From: Antedon mediterranea
Taxonomy: Eukaryota; Animalia; Echinodermata
Direction of reading: 5' to 3'
Length of the DNA stretch: 64,000 nt
NCBI RefSeq assembly: GCF_964355755.1
Contig: NC_092673.1
Coordinates: 34,593,648 to 34,657,647, forward strand
Shown: piece by piece, positions 34,636 to 49,392 of the stretch
Layout of the letters: each line of letters opens with the position of its first letter
Numbering within the stretch: position 1 is the stretch's first letter
Made by a program: the position numbers and the translations under genes
The notes under the pieces: generated by a model
Told to the model about the DNA's origin: nothing
The model's input: only the letters and a program-made list of their open reading frames with translations
The model's database searches: none

Positions 34636-37600
34636 ATGGACGTTGCACCAGATGTAGCCGATCCTATTTTGGTAAATGATGTTCTTCAACAATTGAAGTC
34701 AGAAGGAACATTTGATCAATTTAGAAGAGATTGTTTGGGAGACGTTGACACGAAAGTAAGTTCTAGAATCCAGGGCAGGCAGGCAGGCAGGCCTCATGCA
34801 TCGGCTTCCTACCCTAGCCTAACAACAATAGCGTAGGCCTAGCTAGTAGGGGCCTGGACAGGCACTAGCTAGGGGGCCTAGTCAGGCACTACCTAAGAGT
34901 CTAGGCTAGTCTACTACTAATTATGCCTATGTATGCATGGTAGGCCTACCCTAGACATGCTAGGATAGTAAAATACCAATTATACAACTGTGATTTATAT
35001 GCCGTGTACAAATTAAATAGAGACCTACCTAGCTAGTGCATGCTATTAAAGAACGTTATTCGCAAAAAAAGGGAATCGTCTCCAGGCCAGGTGTGCTGAT
35101 CTGGTAAGCGCTGCACTGCTGGCTTACGTTGGTCTCCGTGGAGGGCGTAATCCGAATTTTCTCAGTTTCCAGTTAAGCTTGAGGACAAAAATATATAAAT
35201 ACCTTTATTTACCTTACCAGATTACAATTAAAATATGTATGATTGATTATTTTAATTGAAAAATGTGTTAATATAATTGCACATAGCAATATGTGTATCT
35301 AAGTGTAATTAATACAATTAATTTAATTTTTGTTAATCTATAGCCTGCTTACCAGAATTTAAGACAACGTGTGGAAAGTTATGTATCAAACTTTTTGAGT
35401 GGAGTAACATGGAGTCCAACCATGAACAAGAACCATCTGAGGGACAGTCTGAGAAGACAGATTAACCAGTAGGTTTATCCTTAATACAGTATATGGATGT
35501 AGATATGTTGAACTCAGGTAGATGGGTTCAGCCATTGCCTTGATTTCTTCCATCATTCTATCTTGAGAATAGCATGTAACGAAAAACAGAAACCTCTTTA
35601 TTTAAAGTATTGTTTACTTGTTTCTTACAGCTCTGGTTCTTGTCTACACCATCACTTTGTGAAACCCATGCTAAGCCACTGAAAATGACTACTTATTGGT
35701 GGTATTATGAAATATCGATGAAAATGAGAACGTTTTTTAACTTAACTTACACGATAATATATAATATGTTTTTATTTTCTAGATCAGAGATTCTTGCAAT
35801 AGGAGTGGAGCGAGTAATAGAACAAGTTGTTGACCCTCAGATTCAGCATGTCTTCCGTCCAAAATTAGAAGAAGTGTTGCAAGGCATTCTCAAGGTTGAC
35901 CTGGATCCATCTTCAGAAGTAGCCCCTCCCAGATCAATTGCAGCCAGTACTTCCAATCTGTTACCACCATTCACCAATCAAGGGCCAACAGATTCTCACC
36001 AATCAACATTTGTCAGTCAAGCACCTCCATTTACTGGACACGTTTCTGTCAGTACGCCACCACCACCAATCATGGTATCAGCATCGTCTCTTGCAACACC
36101 ACCACCGTTACCATATGAGGCACCGCCACTTCCGAGCAATTCTCCACCACCGTTACCTGATGAGGCTCCACCACCACCTCTGCCAGATAGTATTGCTCCG
36201 CCACTTCCACCAGATGAACCACCAGCTCCAGGAACTCAAGGTCTGTGTAAAGCTTGTTTGACAAAAAAATGAGATGTCCCCAAATACGGTAGTAATGATA
36301 TGACATCAGTATGTCCATATATGGGCACACCACATTTTTGGTCAAATAAAGTTTGATAGTGTAAACAGAGCTTACAAAATAATAAGCATTTATTACTTCA
36401 AACAATGGATATATCAGTAGTGACACTAACCACTAAGTGGTTTGACAAAAACATATTTTTAGTGCAACTAACACATGTTATCAGAGAGATTTACAAAACA
36501 CGCAATTTTAGATTTGAAATTTTTATGTAAAATTTGTTTTTATGCACTTTTTTATTCGTTTAAAAAAAATAGATATGGATATAGATATTGAGATTCCAGA
36601 AACTTTAAAAGTTGAACAATCCGAATCTGAAGAACCTCGGAAGGCGGAATCGTTTAAATTTATGAAGAACCTTCTTCATAAAGCAACAGAAAAATTAAAA
36701 TCTTTAGTTGGTGAAAAGAAAGAAGAAAATCAAACCGAAACAACAAAAGAAAAACAATTACACAATTTAGTTGTAGAAGAAGTAAAAGATATCAAACAAT
36801 TACACAATTTAGTTGTAGAAGAAGTCAAAGATATCGAAGGAAAAATAGAGGATAGAACAGATGGAGATTTGGAATTGAAGGAGGAATTTGAGGATAAAGA
36901 TGATGTTTGTGAAGATCAATTAACAGACATTACTGTCAGCTCGGTACATACCAGTGATTTATCATCATTTACAGAAGGCATTAGCTCATCTTCCAGCAGT
37001 AGTGATTTATCAGATTCAGAAGCCGACTTAGATGATGGTCTTAAGAAAGTTGGTATGTCAATGATATTTATAGCAGTACAAATTCTAATTAAAACATTTT
37101 GACAACTATTATAAGCCATATTTTTGCAGATTTATTGTGTGTAAAAGTAGAAAGTGTAAACAGTACTTTAGATCACAAGTTTCTCAAAAGGTGCATAAAC
37201 GGAAAAATCAGCACTTACACAGCAGTAGGAATTTGTAATACAAATATGATATAACACAAATATTTGTATTTAATGAATGAGATACAGGTATTATCACCTG
37301 ATAGTGGTGAAAATCTTTATTTCTGTTTATTATTCTGAACCCAAACAATAGTCTATTATAGTAAATTATTTATTTTAAGGTGGTGATGTGGAAATAGAAG
37401 AGGATCGGTCATCATCTAGGTCGTCCTCCACGGCAACAGACTTGGATAAGGGTTCGTCCAAGGGATCTGCCAAAAAATCTTCTAACCTGGCTCTGGCAAT
37501 TAGTCGGTATCATAGTGATAGTGATGAAGATGTAGAAAAACGACAAGAAAGGAGAAGAAAAGCTGTAAGTAATTGGAGTAATCTATTCTCCTAATATTGT

Positions 37601-40272
37601 GCAAACAACTACTTATACATTGAATGATATTATTTCACCATTTCAAACTATTGTATAAAAATGAATCACATTTGCGGACTGCAATCCAGATCCGAAACCA
37701 TAACCATTATTATCCTATCCAAGTCTGCATGAGAACGGTATCAGTATAAGGTATTAAGATCAGGATAACTATTTGTTCTTTTTGAACAGAATCTTGTCTA
37801 TACATTTTAGGATGATTTATAATTTGATAAAATATTGTTTTAACATTTCCTGATTACCTAGGCTGTAGCAAGAGAAGAAAGAGCTGCTTTGAGACAGCAA
37901 GCAAGAGAAGAACATCAAAAGAAAATAGAACAAATGAAAGCTGAAAGATTGGTTAAGAAACGCAGAAAAGCATTACAGGACAAAAGTAGCACTTCTGATG
38001 AAGGTAAAATAAACTGGATCCATTTCTTTTAGATTGCACAATCCATTACCATATTTTCAATTATTTTCTAATACATTTTTTGTTTTTCTAATTAGAAGAA
38101 TCTGAGGACAAACCCGAAAGACGAGATAAAAGGACACGTTCTATCCAACTAAAAGAACAAATGAAAGAGAAATTGTTAGAGAAAAAGAAAGAAAAAAAGA
38201 GGATGGCATACGCATCACTTTCTGATGAAACACTTTCTCCAAGAAAGAATGTAAAATCAAAGGAAACTCAAGTACACAGACTTGATTTAGTTGCTAGAAA
38301 ATTGAGGAAACCACTTGTGAAGTTTCACCAACTACTCTGTGAAGAACTAACTGGAGAAGAACAAACAATTGCAAGTAATAAAAATTTTAGGGCACCAGAA
38401 TTTAAGAAAATGCTAGCAAAAAAGGAGAAAGCTAAAAGAAAATTGGAAAAACAGCTTATAAGAATGTCAGAAGATGACAATGATGATCAGGTTGTAGAAG
38501 AACAAATGGATGTGATTGTTGACAGTAAAAATGAGCAAGTAAATGTTTCTAATGTCCAAGCAACTATTTATACTGTTTGTGAACCTGAAAAAGAGAATGT
38601 AAAAGGAGAACTGAAAATCCCTGATGTTGCATCCACTTCTAGTTATAGTTTGAAGGATAGTAGTTTCGGTGAAATTGATTCTCAAACAACAGCAGATACT
38701 ACAGTAGTTAGTAATATTAAAGACACCATCCAGAAAAGTGCTGACAACATTTCAACAGAGATCCATAAAGATAGAATACAGGAAGGTCTGAATGTGGAAA
38801 TTGCATCAAAGGAAACTGATTGTATTGAAGTTCCAGAAACTGAAATTAACAAACAGCAAAGTGATATTGCAATAACTGAAAAAACTTCAATGGATGATAA
38901 CCAGACAAATGTTGGAATTTCTACAGACAACTTGAAAGAAAAATCGAAAAATATTGATGACTTTGTAGTAGATGAAAGCATTGTCAAAGAGATGCCACAA
39001 ACTAGTGAGGTTTCAGTTACTGATATAAAAGCACTAGAAGTACCTATGAATATTTGTGGTGTTGTGGAAAGCACACCAATCGATGTAAAAGAAGGTGAAT
39101 ATGTTGCGACGGAAGGTAATAGTATGGAAAAGGAATCACCAAAGGTTGATGTAATTACTGATCATGATTCAAATGTTGATTCTCTGAACACTGATGAGGA
39201 ATCCCATACGTCATGTTTAGATAAAATAGAGGATGGTAATCAATCTGATGTACAGAAAGAGCAGACCATCACACCAGAGGATTCTACACATTTACATGTA
39301 GATGAAGACATGCCATCAAATATAGAATTGCAGGAATTTGAAAAGGATGATGCATCAGTAGAAAATCCTCCAACACCAACTCAAGATGAACCTTTAGCTT
39401 TAGAAGAGATTGCAGAAGTTGAACCAGCGGCAATCCCAATCTACAGTCTATCCCCTGTTGCCTATCAGGGACCAAAGATTGGTAGTCTGTTTAAAGTTAT
39501 TAAAGACACTGAAGTATCTGCAGGACCAGAAGAAAGTAGTGCAAGTTCTCCTCTTTCTGCTATATCATCTGGAGACCTTAGTGCAGATGAGGGAGAGAAA
39601 GTACTAGAAGAAGAGGAACCAGATGACGAACCAGATGACGAACCAGATGAAGAGGGTGAGATAAAAGAGGGAGCAGAAAGCGTTACTGAGGAGAAACCAA
39701 GTGAGGAATTAAAGACCGGTGGACGGTATGGAATGAGGTGCAGAAGAAAGATACATTCACCAAGATACTCTAATGATGAGTATCTCTTATATGGTTTCAA
39801 GAAAACAAGGTCATCTGGAAGCACAGAAGATAAAACGGGCAAGGAAGCAAAGTCAAGCACCAAAACAAAAGATCGTACAACAAGGAAATCCACACGCACA
39901 GAAAGCTCAGCTGCTAAAGAAGAAGGTGAAGTAGATGAACAACCTGAACCTAAGAAAAGGCGTAAAGCAGCCACAGAAGATAATTCTTCAATCATGTCTG
40001 GTCGAAGACAGCGGCAAGTTCCAAGACGATACTCGCCAAGTGAATCGGTAACTGGCCGCAGAGCCCAGTCCCCAACTAGTACGGGGCATACCTCTAGCAG
40101 ATATATAGAACAAGCTTATAGTGAACGAAAGACAAAAAAACTATCATCGCCGCCCCCTCCACAGCGAGAAACGGGCAGAAATAGAAAGGGTTCTACACCA
40201 CCTAGAAGAGGCTTGAGAAGGCCTTCTGGAGATCGTTCAGAGAGCCAACAACAGGGTAAACGAAGAAGGTAA
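34636..40272 (+). CDS. BOD1L1: BOD1/BOD1L1-like protein (N-terminal COMPASS-Shg1/BOD1 domain, Pro-rich segment, long acidic/basic low-complexity tail), 7 exons
   Basis: Exons 34636-34755, 35344-35468, 35783-36240, 36573-37052, 37380-37564, 37862-38003, 38096-40272, phase-consistent. LKSEGTFDQFRRDCLGDVDTKPAYQNLRQRVE...NKNHLRDSLR...GVERVIEQVVDP matches the BOD1 family. The exon 4 acceptor has an atypical A-run. Confidence 0.85.
36251..36372. mobile_element. Short MITE-family copy (same family as 42329-42452)
   Basis: agct...gtttgatagtgtaaacagagct ends; internal gtccatatatgggcac. Confidence 0.6.
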
Positions 40273-42328
40273 TTGAAATGCTATACAAATATTCTTCTTT
40301 ACGTGGCATGGCCAAATAGATGGTATTATAGTATCTTATTTAATATCATCATTATTTATTGAACAATAAATTCAGACTAACATACAGCAGTGAATGTGGA
40401 TCTTGGACCATTTTTTGATAGACTATAAATCTTCTAGTGTTGTGAATGACCACAGATTTTCTATGGTCACTAGAAATCGAGACTCTTCACTACATCCCTA
40501 TATTTATTTTATAACTCAGTGCTTATGATATATCAAGTAGTTTTAATGCCACTTATAAAAAGACTCAATGGAGAACATACAGACAACATTGGCAGGCAAA
40601 AAAAAGCTTTCTTTAAAATGTTAATGGTTCTCAAAGGATTTGGTTAACTGTACCACACTAAAAATGATGGTTCCAAATTTATCAAAAGTTTTCAAGTAAA
40701 GTATGACCTTGATACATACCTTGATTTACATTTCTGTTGAAGGCCATATAGTATTCCTATTTTATTATCAGGATAACTGTCATTGTGTGAAAACACATTT
40801 AGTATTAAGAATTGTTTTTATCTGCAGAAAAACAAAATTATGTCAATGCATACAATGAATTCTTTTACATTTTGGTTTTTTACTTTTAAATTATTTTTTA
40901 ACTAAAAAATAAAACACTTTTTTTAATGCATTTTATATTATTTTTATTACATATTTTTAATAGCTGTACAAATTCACTGGCATTGATTGCTAAGCATGCA
41001 TTTTACTGTGTTTCTTTTGGACGGATTTAATAAAGCTCTATAAATCTAAATATAAAAATATGTCAAACATGTGAATAACTTAACTGTGAAAAAAAATATT
41101 TGGATGGAATATCAAGCTATTACTGTTTATCTTCACAAACATTCCAATAGGAACCAATGTACTGAGGATGCATATACACACACTATGTGCATTGACACAA
41201 TTATGTATTCACTGATATTTTTCTATTCAAGCTGAGTTGTATGTCTATTACAAAATACTATTATTTATATACATGAGTTAAATTAAGTAATAAAAATAAA
41301 TATTTAAATTTATTAGGCGAGGTATGTACTGAAAACCAATACTAATCACTTTTGTGAAGCCTAGTTTACAACCTTTTGTTTGCATACAAGAAGTTGCCCC
41401 AAGTATATAGCAAAACAGTTTTCTGTTAGGAATAGATCAATTGCACCTTATATCAAGATATACAAGATGTTTTTTAAGAAAAATCTAAAAATGGTACTGT
41501 AGTCAATGAGAGGAATAACTTTCAAATATGACTTTCATTTAGTCCAGATTCAATTCAATATTGATGTGAAAAGATTAATATTGTGGCACACATGGTTTGT
41601 CATATTCAGGGTCGAATCCAGGGTTTTGTAAATGGAGAGCGCCGACATAAAATATCCAACCGCTACCCACTATATCCACCCCTGATTCTTAAGAAATGAT
41701 AACAACTAGAGACTTGGGGTAAGTCTACAGGTATGTGTGAAAACCAGACATTTTCATCGAGTTGTTACACTGAACTGCTATGCTACGATTTATATACAGT
41801 ACACAGTAATATATATATTTACAGTTTTTTTACACACATTTGTTTAAAAACACTTGCTAAATATTAAATTTTAACTTTGTTTTATCTCCATTACAATCAA
41901 AATATAACTTAAATGCATTTTGTTGTACTGTACTGTATTCCATTAAAAAAAAAATAATTCTTTTGAATTACAATCTCTAATTTCTCAAATATTATGTTAC
42001 TGGCTGTAACTTATTAGCTTAAATTCTATTTTATACAGATTTACAAAATTAAAGACCTAAAGTTATAATCACACTGGGATTTTTTTTTTTTTGTAAAATT
42101 TATCAACTAAATACTGTAATAAGTTTCTCCATAATAACTAACATACGAATAATCCAGTAAAGTTCCACGGACTGGAAGACTTACCGAGTCACACAGTAAG
42201 TTCATTCATTAAGATTTTCACAAAAAATCTAGTGCGAACACTTTCACTCAATGCTCACTGGAATGCTTTTTTCTTCTCATAGGTAAGTCTAACCACGACT
42301 CAAAGAGTTAATTTTATGAGGTCTCTAA

Positions 42329-42452
42329 AGCTCTATCTACACTATCAAACTGTATGTGATATGCTCATATATGAACCTGATGATGTCATATTCAAATAAA
42401 TCTTACTACCATATTTGGGCACATCAAACATTTTGATAGTGTTGACAGAGCT
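42329..42452. mobile_element. Short MITE, TAA target duplication (PIF/Harbinger-like)
   Basis: TIRs agctctatctacactatcaaa / tttgatagtgttgacagagct flanked by TAA on both sides; further copies at 36251 and about 58568-58649. Confidence 0.7.
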
Positions 42453-42800
42453 TAAGATTTGTAAGTCCAGTGTGATTTTTAGTGTACAAAATTATATAAA
42501 ATACAGTATATAAAAAAGCACACACCAAATAGTGTTAACATGAACACACTCCTACTGTATATGTTGCCATCTGTTAAATTAAATGGTGTATTTGGTAAAT
42601 TTGGTCTATTGCAGATAATTTATGTAAAGGTGGTTTTTATTAGACGGAAAAGGGAGTGTATCTACCAATGTGTTACTGTTTAGAATGTGTATAAATGTTA
42701 CCGTTATTTGGGAGTTTGTATGTATATATATATATATATGTATGTGTTACTGGTATTAGTAGAGAATGTAGTAGAGATGTTTATTAATGTCTTGCTGTTA

Positions 42801-42965
42801 GTAGAGGATGTTTATCAATGTCATTGGTAGAGGATGTTTATCAATGTCATTGGTAGAGGATGTTTATCAATGTCATTGGTAGAGGATGTCTATCAATGTC
42901 ATTGGTAGAGGATGTTTATCAATGTCATTGGTAGAGGATGTTTATCAATGTCATTGGTAGAGGAT
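42801..42965. repeat. 26-bp minisatellite, about 6 copies
   Basis: Unit gtagaggatgtttatcaatgtcattg, starts at 42801, 42827, etc.; downstream of the SUFU stop. Confidence 0.9.
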
Positions 42966-43243
42966 TTATATCGATGTGTTACTATTTGAAGTGTGTGTTT
43001 TAATTATTAGAGTACACATATAAATTACATTTAATATTAGAATGTGTGTATCCATCATTGAGGATTGGTGTATGAATATGATATCATTGTTGAAGAGTGT
43101 GTTTCGTTGAGTTATTGTTGTTGGAGAATGTGTATTGTTACTGTCCAATACACCCCTACAGACTTTTGAGATGGGATATATGTTGTTGCCATATATGTAA
43201 GAAATCTATACAATGTAGACTAAATAGGAGACATTTTTTTGTT

Positions 43244-46200
43244 TCAGCTTAGAGCTTCTTCTGAAAGAATTGAAATGTGTAGACCTCTTTCTGGCCAGTG
43301 ATATTCCTTTGGTAATTCAACCTGCAATTAATAATACATTTTATAAAATAGCATTACAACAGGGCTTAAAAGATGCTTGATTTAACATATTTATTTGAGA
43401 TCTATTTGTTATACAATATTTTCATATAAATATATAAATACAGTTACTATATAACTACTACTCTTCTGAATGCATAACATTATTGCCATTTTTGGTAAAA
43501 CAACATCTTTTTTATACATCTTCATATACTTACTGGAGGATCTTTCCCAAGCTCTGCCAAATCTTTAATGAGTTGTTCAACAAATATATCATCAAAAAGA
43601 ACCTAAAAGTGAAGGAAATACTACATTGAAATTTTAATAATGTACAACTCTTACTTAAACATAAAATTAAATATATTAGTAAATAAAAAAAAAATATTTT
43701 AACAAATTAGTTCAATTAAGTTAGTTGGGTTGGCCTATATATGAGGGTTGTGGTTTTGCTTACAACCACATGTCCCATCAATCATATTCAGCCTCTACCC
43801 TAAATCAAAATGTCTTTTCTAGATTTTTCATCATCTTATTCACCTACTGGAATAATGGAAATAACTTATAATCTTCTTACCAAATCTGTTTACATTTGCA
43901 AAATAATTTAAAATAATTGTTTTACCTGTAGCCACGGCCCTTTCGCAGCGTACACAGTTGTCTCATCAACAAACGCGCCCTCCACCCGCGACGAAACCAA
44001 TGTAATGGCAATGTCCCCTCCAACGCCTTTAAATGTAAAATGACGTCCATGTTTTATACGTCCTCTGAAACAAAAACCGTGCCTTAAAACGATAAATTCA
44101 ATGGAATTATACCTATAACGCACTGTTTTAAAAAACATGTTCCCACTGGATAAAAAAATGACAGCAAGCACAATGTCAATTATGAACAATGTCTATTCAT
44201 TAACAAAAAAACGAATAATTACGTTTTCTTCTATCATTTTTGTTCTCTCTCTGAACAATTTGTAATAACATTGTTTTTTTTAGTGGAAAATACACCTAAA
44301 GTATGTCCTATTTGTTTTCTACTATAATATAATATAAATAATACGATAAGTAAATGAGTAGTTGAAATAATGGTATATCATTACCAATCACAGTAAACCT
44401 ACATATCATCTGGTAAAAAACAAGATAGAATTGATTTGAATTCTGATCAATTCAATTCAAAATACATATAATAACTCTAAAGAAAATACAATAAAGCAAC
44501 AACTTAAATCCTGAGATACAGTAGGAGTAGTTACCTGATAGCAAGTGGTAGCAATGAGCCCGCTTCATAGTTAAACTTGAGGTGAATTTGCTCAAATGTT
44601 CTGCGCGTGTCCATATCTGATATGGCAGGTACAGTGTGAGCTGGAAGATTAATGCTATGATAGAAAAAAAAACACATTAAATTAAAAACAATATGGAATT
44701 AACAAAAAATCATATAATATAATATCGAATACTTTTGAGTTTGAGTTAAACATGAATTAGTAACTTAATATTTTGTGTTAGTGCTCTCACTAATAGATTA
44801 CAAAAATAAAAAACTACATTTCAATACTGGAGATTCAACCTATCTAAGATGAGAGACATTGTCTGTCCTAGATAATAATAATAATAATAATTTATTTTTA
44901 TTATTTTAGTCACTAGAATACGCAGGTTTTGTGGACACCATGAAACACTATGAGAATTACGCTGATTACTCTGCATTGTGGGACTATGTTTCCATACGTG
45001 TTTGATAAAAAAAAAATGACTGTGGTAATAATGTTCAGTGCTTAGAGGTTTCACAACATTAGGCGCTATATAAAATCCAGGATATTATTATTAACAGAAT
45101 GTTGATTAGATTCAACAGCTCTATATCATGAAATAATGACGTGTGCCACAAAGTGAGAGAGAAGGATAAAACACTGTCTCACTAGAAGACATCACAAAAC
45201 ATAAACATTTTGATTTAGGTTTGCACGACTGCATTAAAGCTAGAAAATTGAGCGCTTAGAGGTTTCACAACATTAAGCGTTATTTAAATCAAGGATATTA
45301 TTATTAACAGAATGTTGATTAGATTCAACAGCTCTAGTCTAATCATGAAATAAAGATCGTGTGCCACAAAGTGAGAGAGAAGGATAAAACCGTTTCTCAC
45401 TAAAATACATGGAGAGCATCAAACATTTTCATTTAGATTTGTAATATTTGCACTGTATTAAAGCTAGGAAATTTAGGTATAGATTAATAATCATCTCCTT
45501 ACCCTTCTCGTTCATGTTTGAATCCTGAGTTGTGTTCAATTTCTTGTTTTGCTTGAATGGGTGGAAGAGGACATTTCTCAGATGCTAAGCCTATCTTCAA
45601 TGCTGTCTTGATCTGCTCAGATTCTGCATATAAATAAATTCCTTAACACGATTATATTAAATAAATGATATTTATCAATTAATTCAAAATAATTAAGAGA
45701 TAGCGGAATTTCCTTTGAAGGAGATCACAACAGGGTACCTAACTGAATAATAAAACAAAAGAATGCAAGGAAAGGCTTCTTCTTTTATTGTTCTTTGATA
45801 ACTGTGAATATCTTAAACAAAGTATTTACATCATGTTTTGTTTTGAATACAATATAAATTACATATACTGTTATGTGTTGAAATTCTTTTTTAAACATTT
45901 GTCTGTTTTTCCAGTTATTTTTTTCCCTAAAATAAGGGTTCCTTATTTTTTTTAGGTGAAATTCCAAAATCAAATATCCCACAGAAACTGCACTGCAGAC
46001 TACTAATGATTGAGAATGAATATACAAATTATAACTTTAAAAAACAATACAACACTTACGTAATTTAGTGATCCTTGGGGATGAAGGTTCCAAGTCAGAT
46101 GATTCACCTCTTGGGCAATCCCATAAGCACTTAGCACTGACCCCACTAAGATTTGACCCCTCATTGTTAATGCCTCTTTCAACCTGCTCCTGCAGTTGAG

Positions 46201-49200
46201 GATCTAACTCAAATATAGTTTCACCTCTTCTCATATCTGTCACAAGCCATATACCACCAGCTCTGAGTGACAAAATGTTTGGTCGATTCAAATTTTAAAA
46301 ACATTATTTTACTTATTTTTCTAGACAACCATTGACAAAAATTGAAATAAACTGTACATTAGAAATACTTACAATGGTATTGTTCTTAAAAGTTCAATGA
46401 CAGCCGGACCATTCCATCTCTGTGCTGCTTGCAATTCTTCATTACATACTCCAGTAATCTGAAACACATTGTTTTTATCATTTAAAATGTGACAGAAGAC
46501 ATTTCAAAAGAATTATTTTATGATATTTGGAAGGGGCGATGACTATTGTAATGTAAAATTAAAGTTGTGAAAATACTTTTCACCATCTATTTTTACCTGT
46601 ACACTTTTATTTAAATTGCTTAAACATGACAGCAGACATTTCAAAATAAAATAATTTTTTTAAATGGTATTTGGAAATACATATTTTCCCTATCTCTTTT
46701 TACCTGTACAAAGTTGACGAAGCCCAAGGGTGTAGAGATGGATGGAAGCTGAGGGTCCTCTGTCATCAGCATGTGCTGTATTCTAGACTCACTGTTGTCT
46801 AGTGGATTATGCCATGATACATGGTCTCCACTGCATAATGTATTTTCTAGGAATGAGAAAAGAACATTATTGAGGAATGACTATCATATGGCCTAATGGT
46901 AGATACAGTGTCGATAAACACAACATCCATAAAATAAACATTCAGTAAACTTATTTGTCTATGTTCATTTTTTATTTTCTTCATAGACTTTTCTCTTTAA
47001 CTGACCTGATTGGAAAACATAACGTGCTAAACTTTGCATGAGTTCTGCCGGCCAGGTTGGTGGCGCTGTTTCTGTTGGTTCTTTCTTTAATCGGAATGTT
47101 AGCTCAAATCCAAATCCGCTTGGTCCTTCTGGTCCTGTGTATCTTAATTTAAGAATGAATGTTTAAACATTAATTATACACCTCCTATTAATAAATGATC
47201 AAATCTATGATAACCAACAACTCAAAACTAATATAACATACTCCAAGTAGACATCACTCATTGCATTGGGTCAGGATTCAATACCTATGTCGGTTTATCC
47301 AGGTAAGTAGGCACGGAATAGATTCAATATTTTTACAATAATTTTATCACAAATTAACAACACCATAGAATTCTTCACTCTATTATATAGACTTACTCAT
47401 GTACTCTACCATCTCCATGAAGGTCTGACATACCAAAGCTGACGTAGTGCCAATGAGGCGGTATTCCTTTATCTTCATCTCCATCATTCCTATACATACT
47501 GATATAGTCAAGAGGGTCTGGTCCATTTAACCTGAATAGAAAAAGTAAATTATGAATATCTATTAAATCTAAGTTTAGGTTACAGGCAGCAGTACCATAT
47601 AGGATCTGTTACAAAAGGCTACATGGAAACAAGATTGCACTTAGGTTTAGTTGGTTGTGAAAATTCTGTGTCAGTATAGCTATGAAAACCGGTCAGTCTA
47701 ATTACCGAAAACAACCGAAAATAACCGAAAACAACCATAAACAACCGAAAACAACCACAAACAACCGAAAACAACCATAAACAACCAAAAACAACCATAA
47801 ACAACCGAAAACGAACCGAAAACAAACCGAAAACAACATAAAATAATCTAAATACCGAAAACAAATTTGTATAATATTTTTTAAATGTCGCCCTCTATTG
47901 ATGGGTGTTTCTAAATCTAAGACCATAACAGAGACAAAAAACCGCGCGCGCAAAAGCCAAGGAAGACCCTACGATGACAGTGTGCACAAAATACAACTAA
48001 AAATCGTACAATCAATCAATTGATAACATCGCATTTACTTACAGAATCTATAAAAATATTTTAATTTTAGTCTTTCGATTTTTGATCCAGAAACCAGCGC
48101 ATTACTCCTTACAATAATTATGAATATTATAATCCATAGTATAGAAAGTAAATTGACTATGGTTAATCATGATCAATTTAATTATAGATTTTCAAAGATA
48201 AATTATACAAAGATACTAGGGACTATAAAGTATACTTAAAAGAAGCTCACTATAAAGGATTCACAATAAAATCTATTCAGTAAAATTACTGTAGTCGAGT
48301 AAATAACGTTTTTATCCTTAATCGCTTCAGTATTCACTTAAGTGACGAAACCGGGGACGAAAACGCAAAGTTAGGTAAAATCATGCTTTGTTTTTGAAAA
48401 GACTAAAAACGAAATGTGTTTATAGATTTTGTAAGTAAATGTAGTCTACGGTGTATTTCATTGAATTTGTACGATTTTTAGTTGTATTTTGTGCACACTA
48501 CCATTTCGTAGGGTCTTCCATGATTTTTGCGCCTCTGTGTATGGTCTTAGCTTTAGAAACACCCATCAATAGAGGGCGACATTAAAAAAAATATTATACA
48601 AAATTTGTTTTCGGTATTTAGATTTTTTAAATTTTGTTTTCGGTTTGTTTTCGGTTTGTTTTCGGTTGTTTACGGTTGTTTTCGGTTGTTTATGGTTGTT
48701 TTCGGTTGTTTTCGGTTATTTTCGGTTGTTTTCGGTAATTAGACTGACCCATGAAAACCGTGATTTGGCCTATGGGAAGCCCGAATCCTTCAGATATTTT
48801 TACCGGATATAACATAAAATATTGAATTGAACAAATAATAATTGTTAATTTAACCGACTTGTTGAAGTTGTTGGCTTACAAATTATGATAGGATTCTCAT
48901 TTAATATTATTATTTATTTTGGAAAGCAGATACATTTTACAAAATATGGTAAATAGGCTATTTACTAGAATAGAGTAGAGGCCTACCTATACTTTTTAGT
49001 ACTGTAATACTAAGAACACATTAAAACCACAATTGTTTTTTGTAAATATCAACTTTCAAAAAACGACTGGATAAATATTGGCATGATGAAAGGGTTTAAA
49101 AGGCTTAGCCTAGAAACCACCCTTTAAATCGTTAAGTGGAGCTAGGCCCTCTTTCTACAATGTTTATCGGTCAATTCGCCAATCGCTTCATGCTTTCTTG

Positions 49201-49392
49201 ACACTCTCTTAGTCTTATGGCCTACAATATTTACCAATATTTCACCACAGCTGTGACTTGAAGAGGGTTTATTTGATCAGGATATACTTTTCGACATGCT
49301 GAGTACACAACTTCAAGACCAATAGGTATGACAGACGGATTATTCTGATCATTCCTTCTAGAATTCGGATGTTGAACAACTTGGTCGCCCAT
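43244..49392 (-). CDS. SUFU: Suppressor of fused homolog, 11 coding exons
   Basis: Exons (minus) 49392-49235, 47531-47397, 47142-47006, 46846-46704, 46458-46373, 46262-46060, 45623-45503, 44654-44535, 44064-43926, 43602-43534, 43321-43244. Motifs YPDQINPLQVTAVVKYWLNGPDPLDYISMY, HWHYVSFGMSDLHGDGRVH, SGFGFELTFRL, WLVTDMRRGETIFE, EGSNLSGVSA, GRIKHGRHFTFK, LPKEYHWPE. Confidence 0.95.
45035..45470 (+). repeat. Tandem duplication of about 215 bp in a SUFU intron, starting with an L2/SINE-like 3' tail
   Basis: gcttagaggtttcacaacatta...ggatattattattaacagaatgttgattagattcaacagctcta at about 45040 and 45254. Confidence 0.75.
47691..48750. mobile_element. Foldback/Mutator-like non-autonomous DNA transposon in SUFU intron 1
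   Basis: Inverted arms of about 350-385 bp beginning ggtcagtctaattaccgaaaacaacc / ggttgttttcggtaattagactgacc, with 10-bp subrepeats (aacaaccgaa); 9-bp target duplication atgaaaacc at 47682-47690 and 48751-48759. Confidence 0.9.

Noticed and set aside
38161-40272. 703-aa ORF as a standalone gene
   Set aside because: It is the terminal exon of the BOD1L1-like gene (acceptor at 38095, in phase).
47619-47953. Hydrophobic repetitive ORFs
   Set aside because: Translations of the foldback 10-bp subrepeats.
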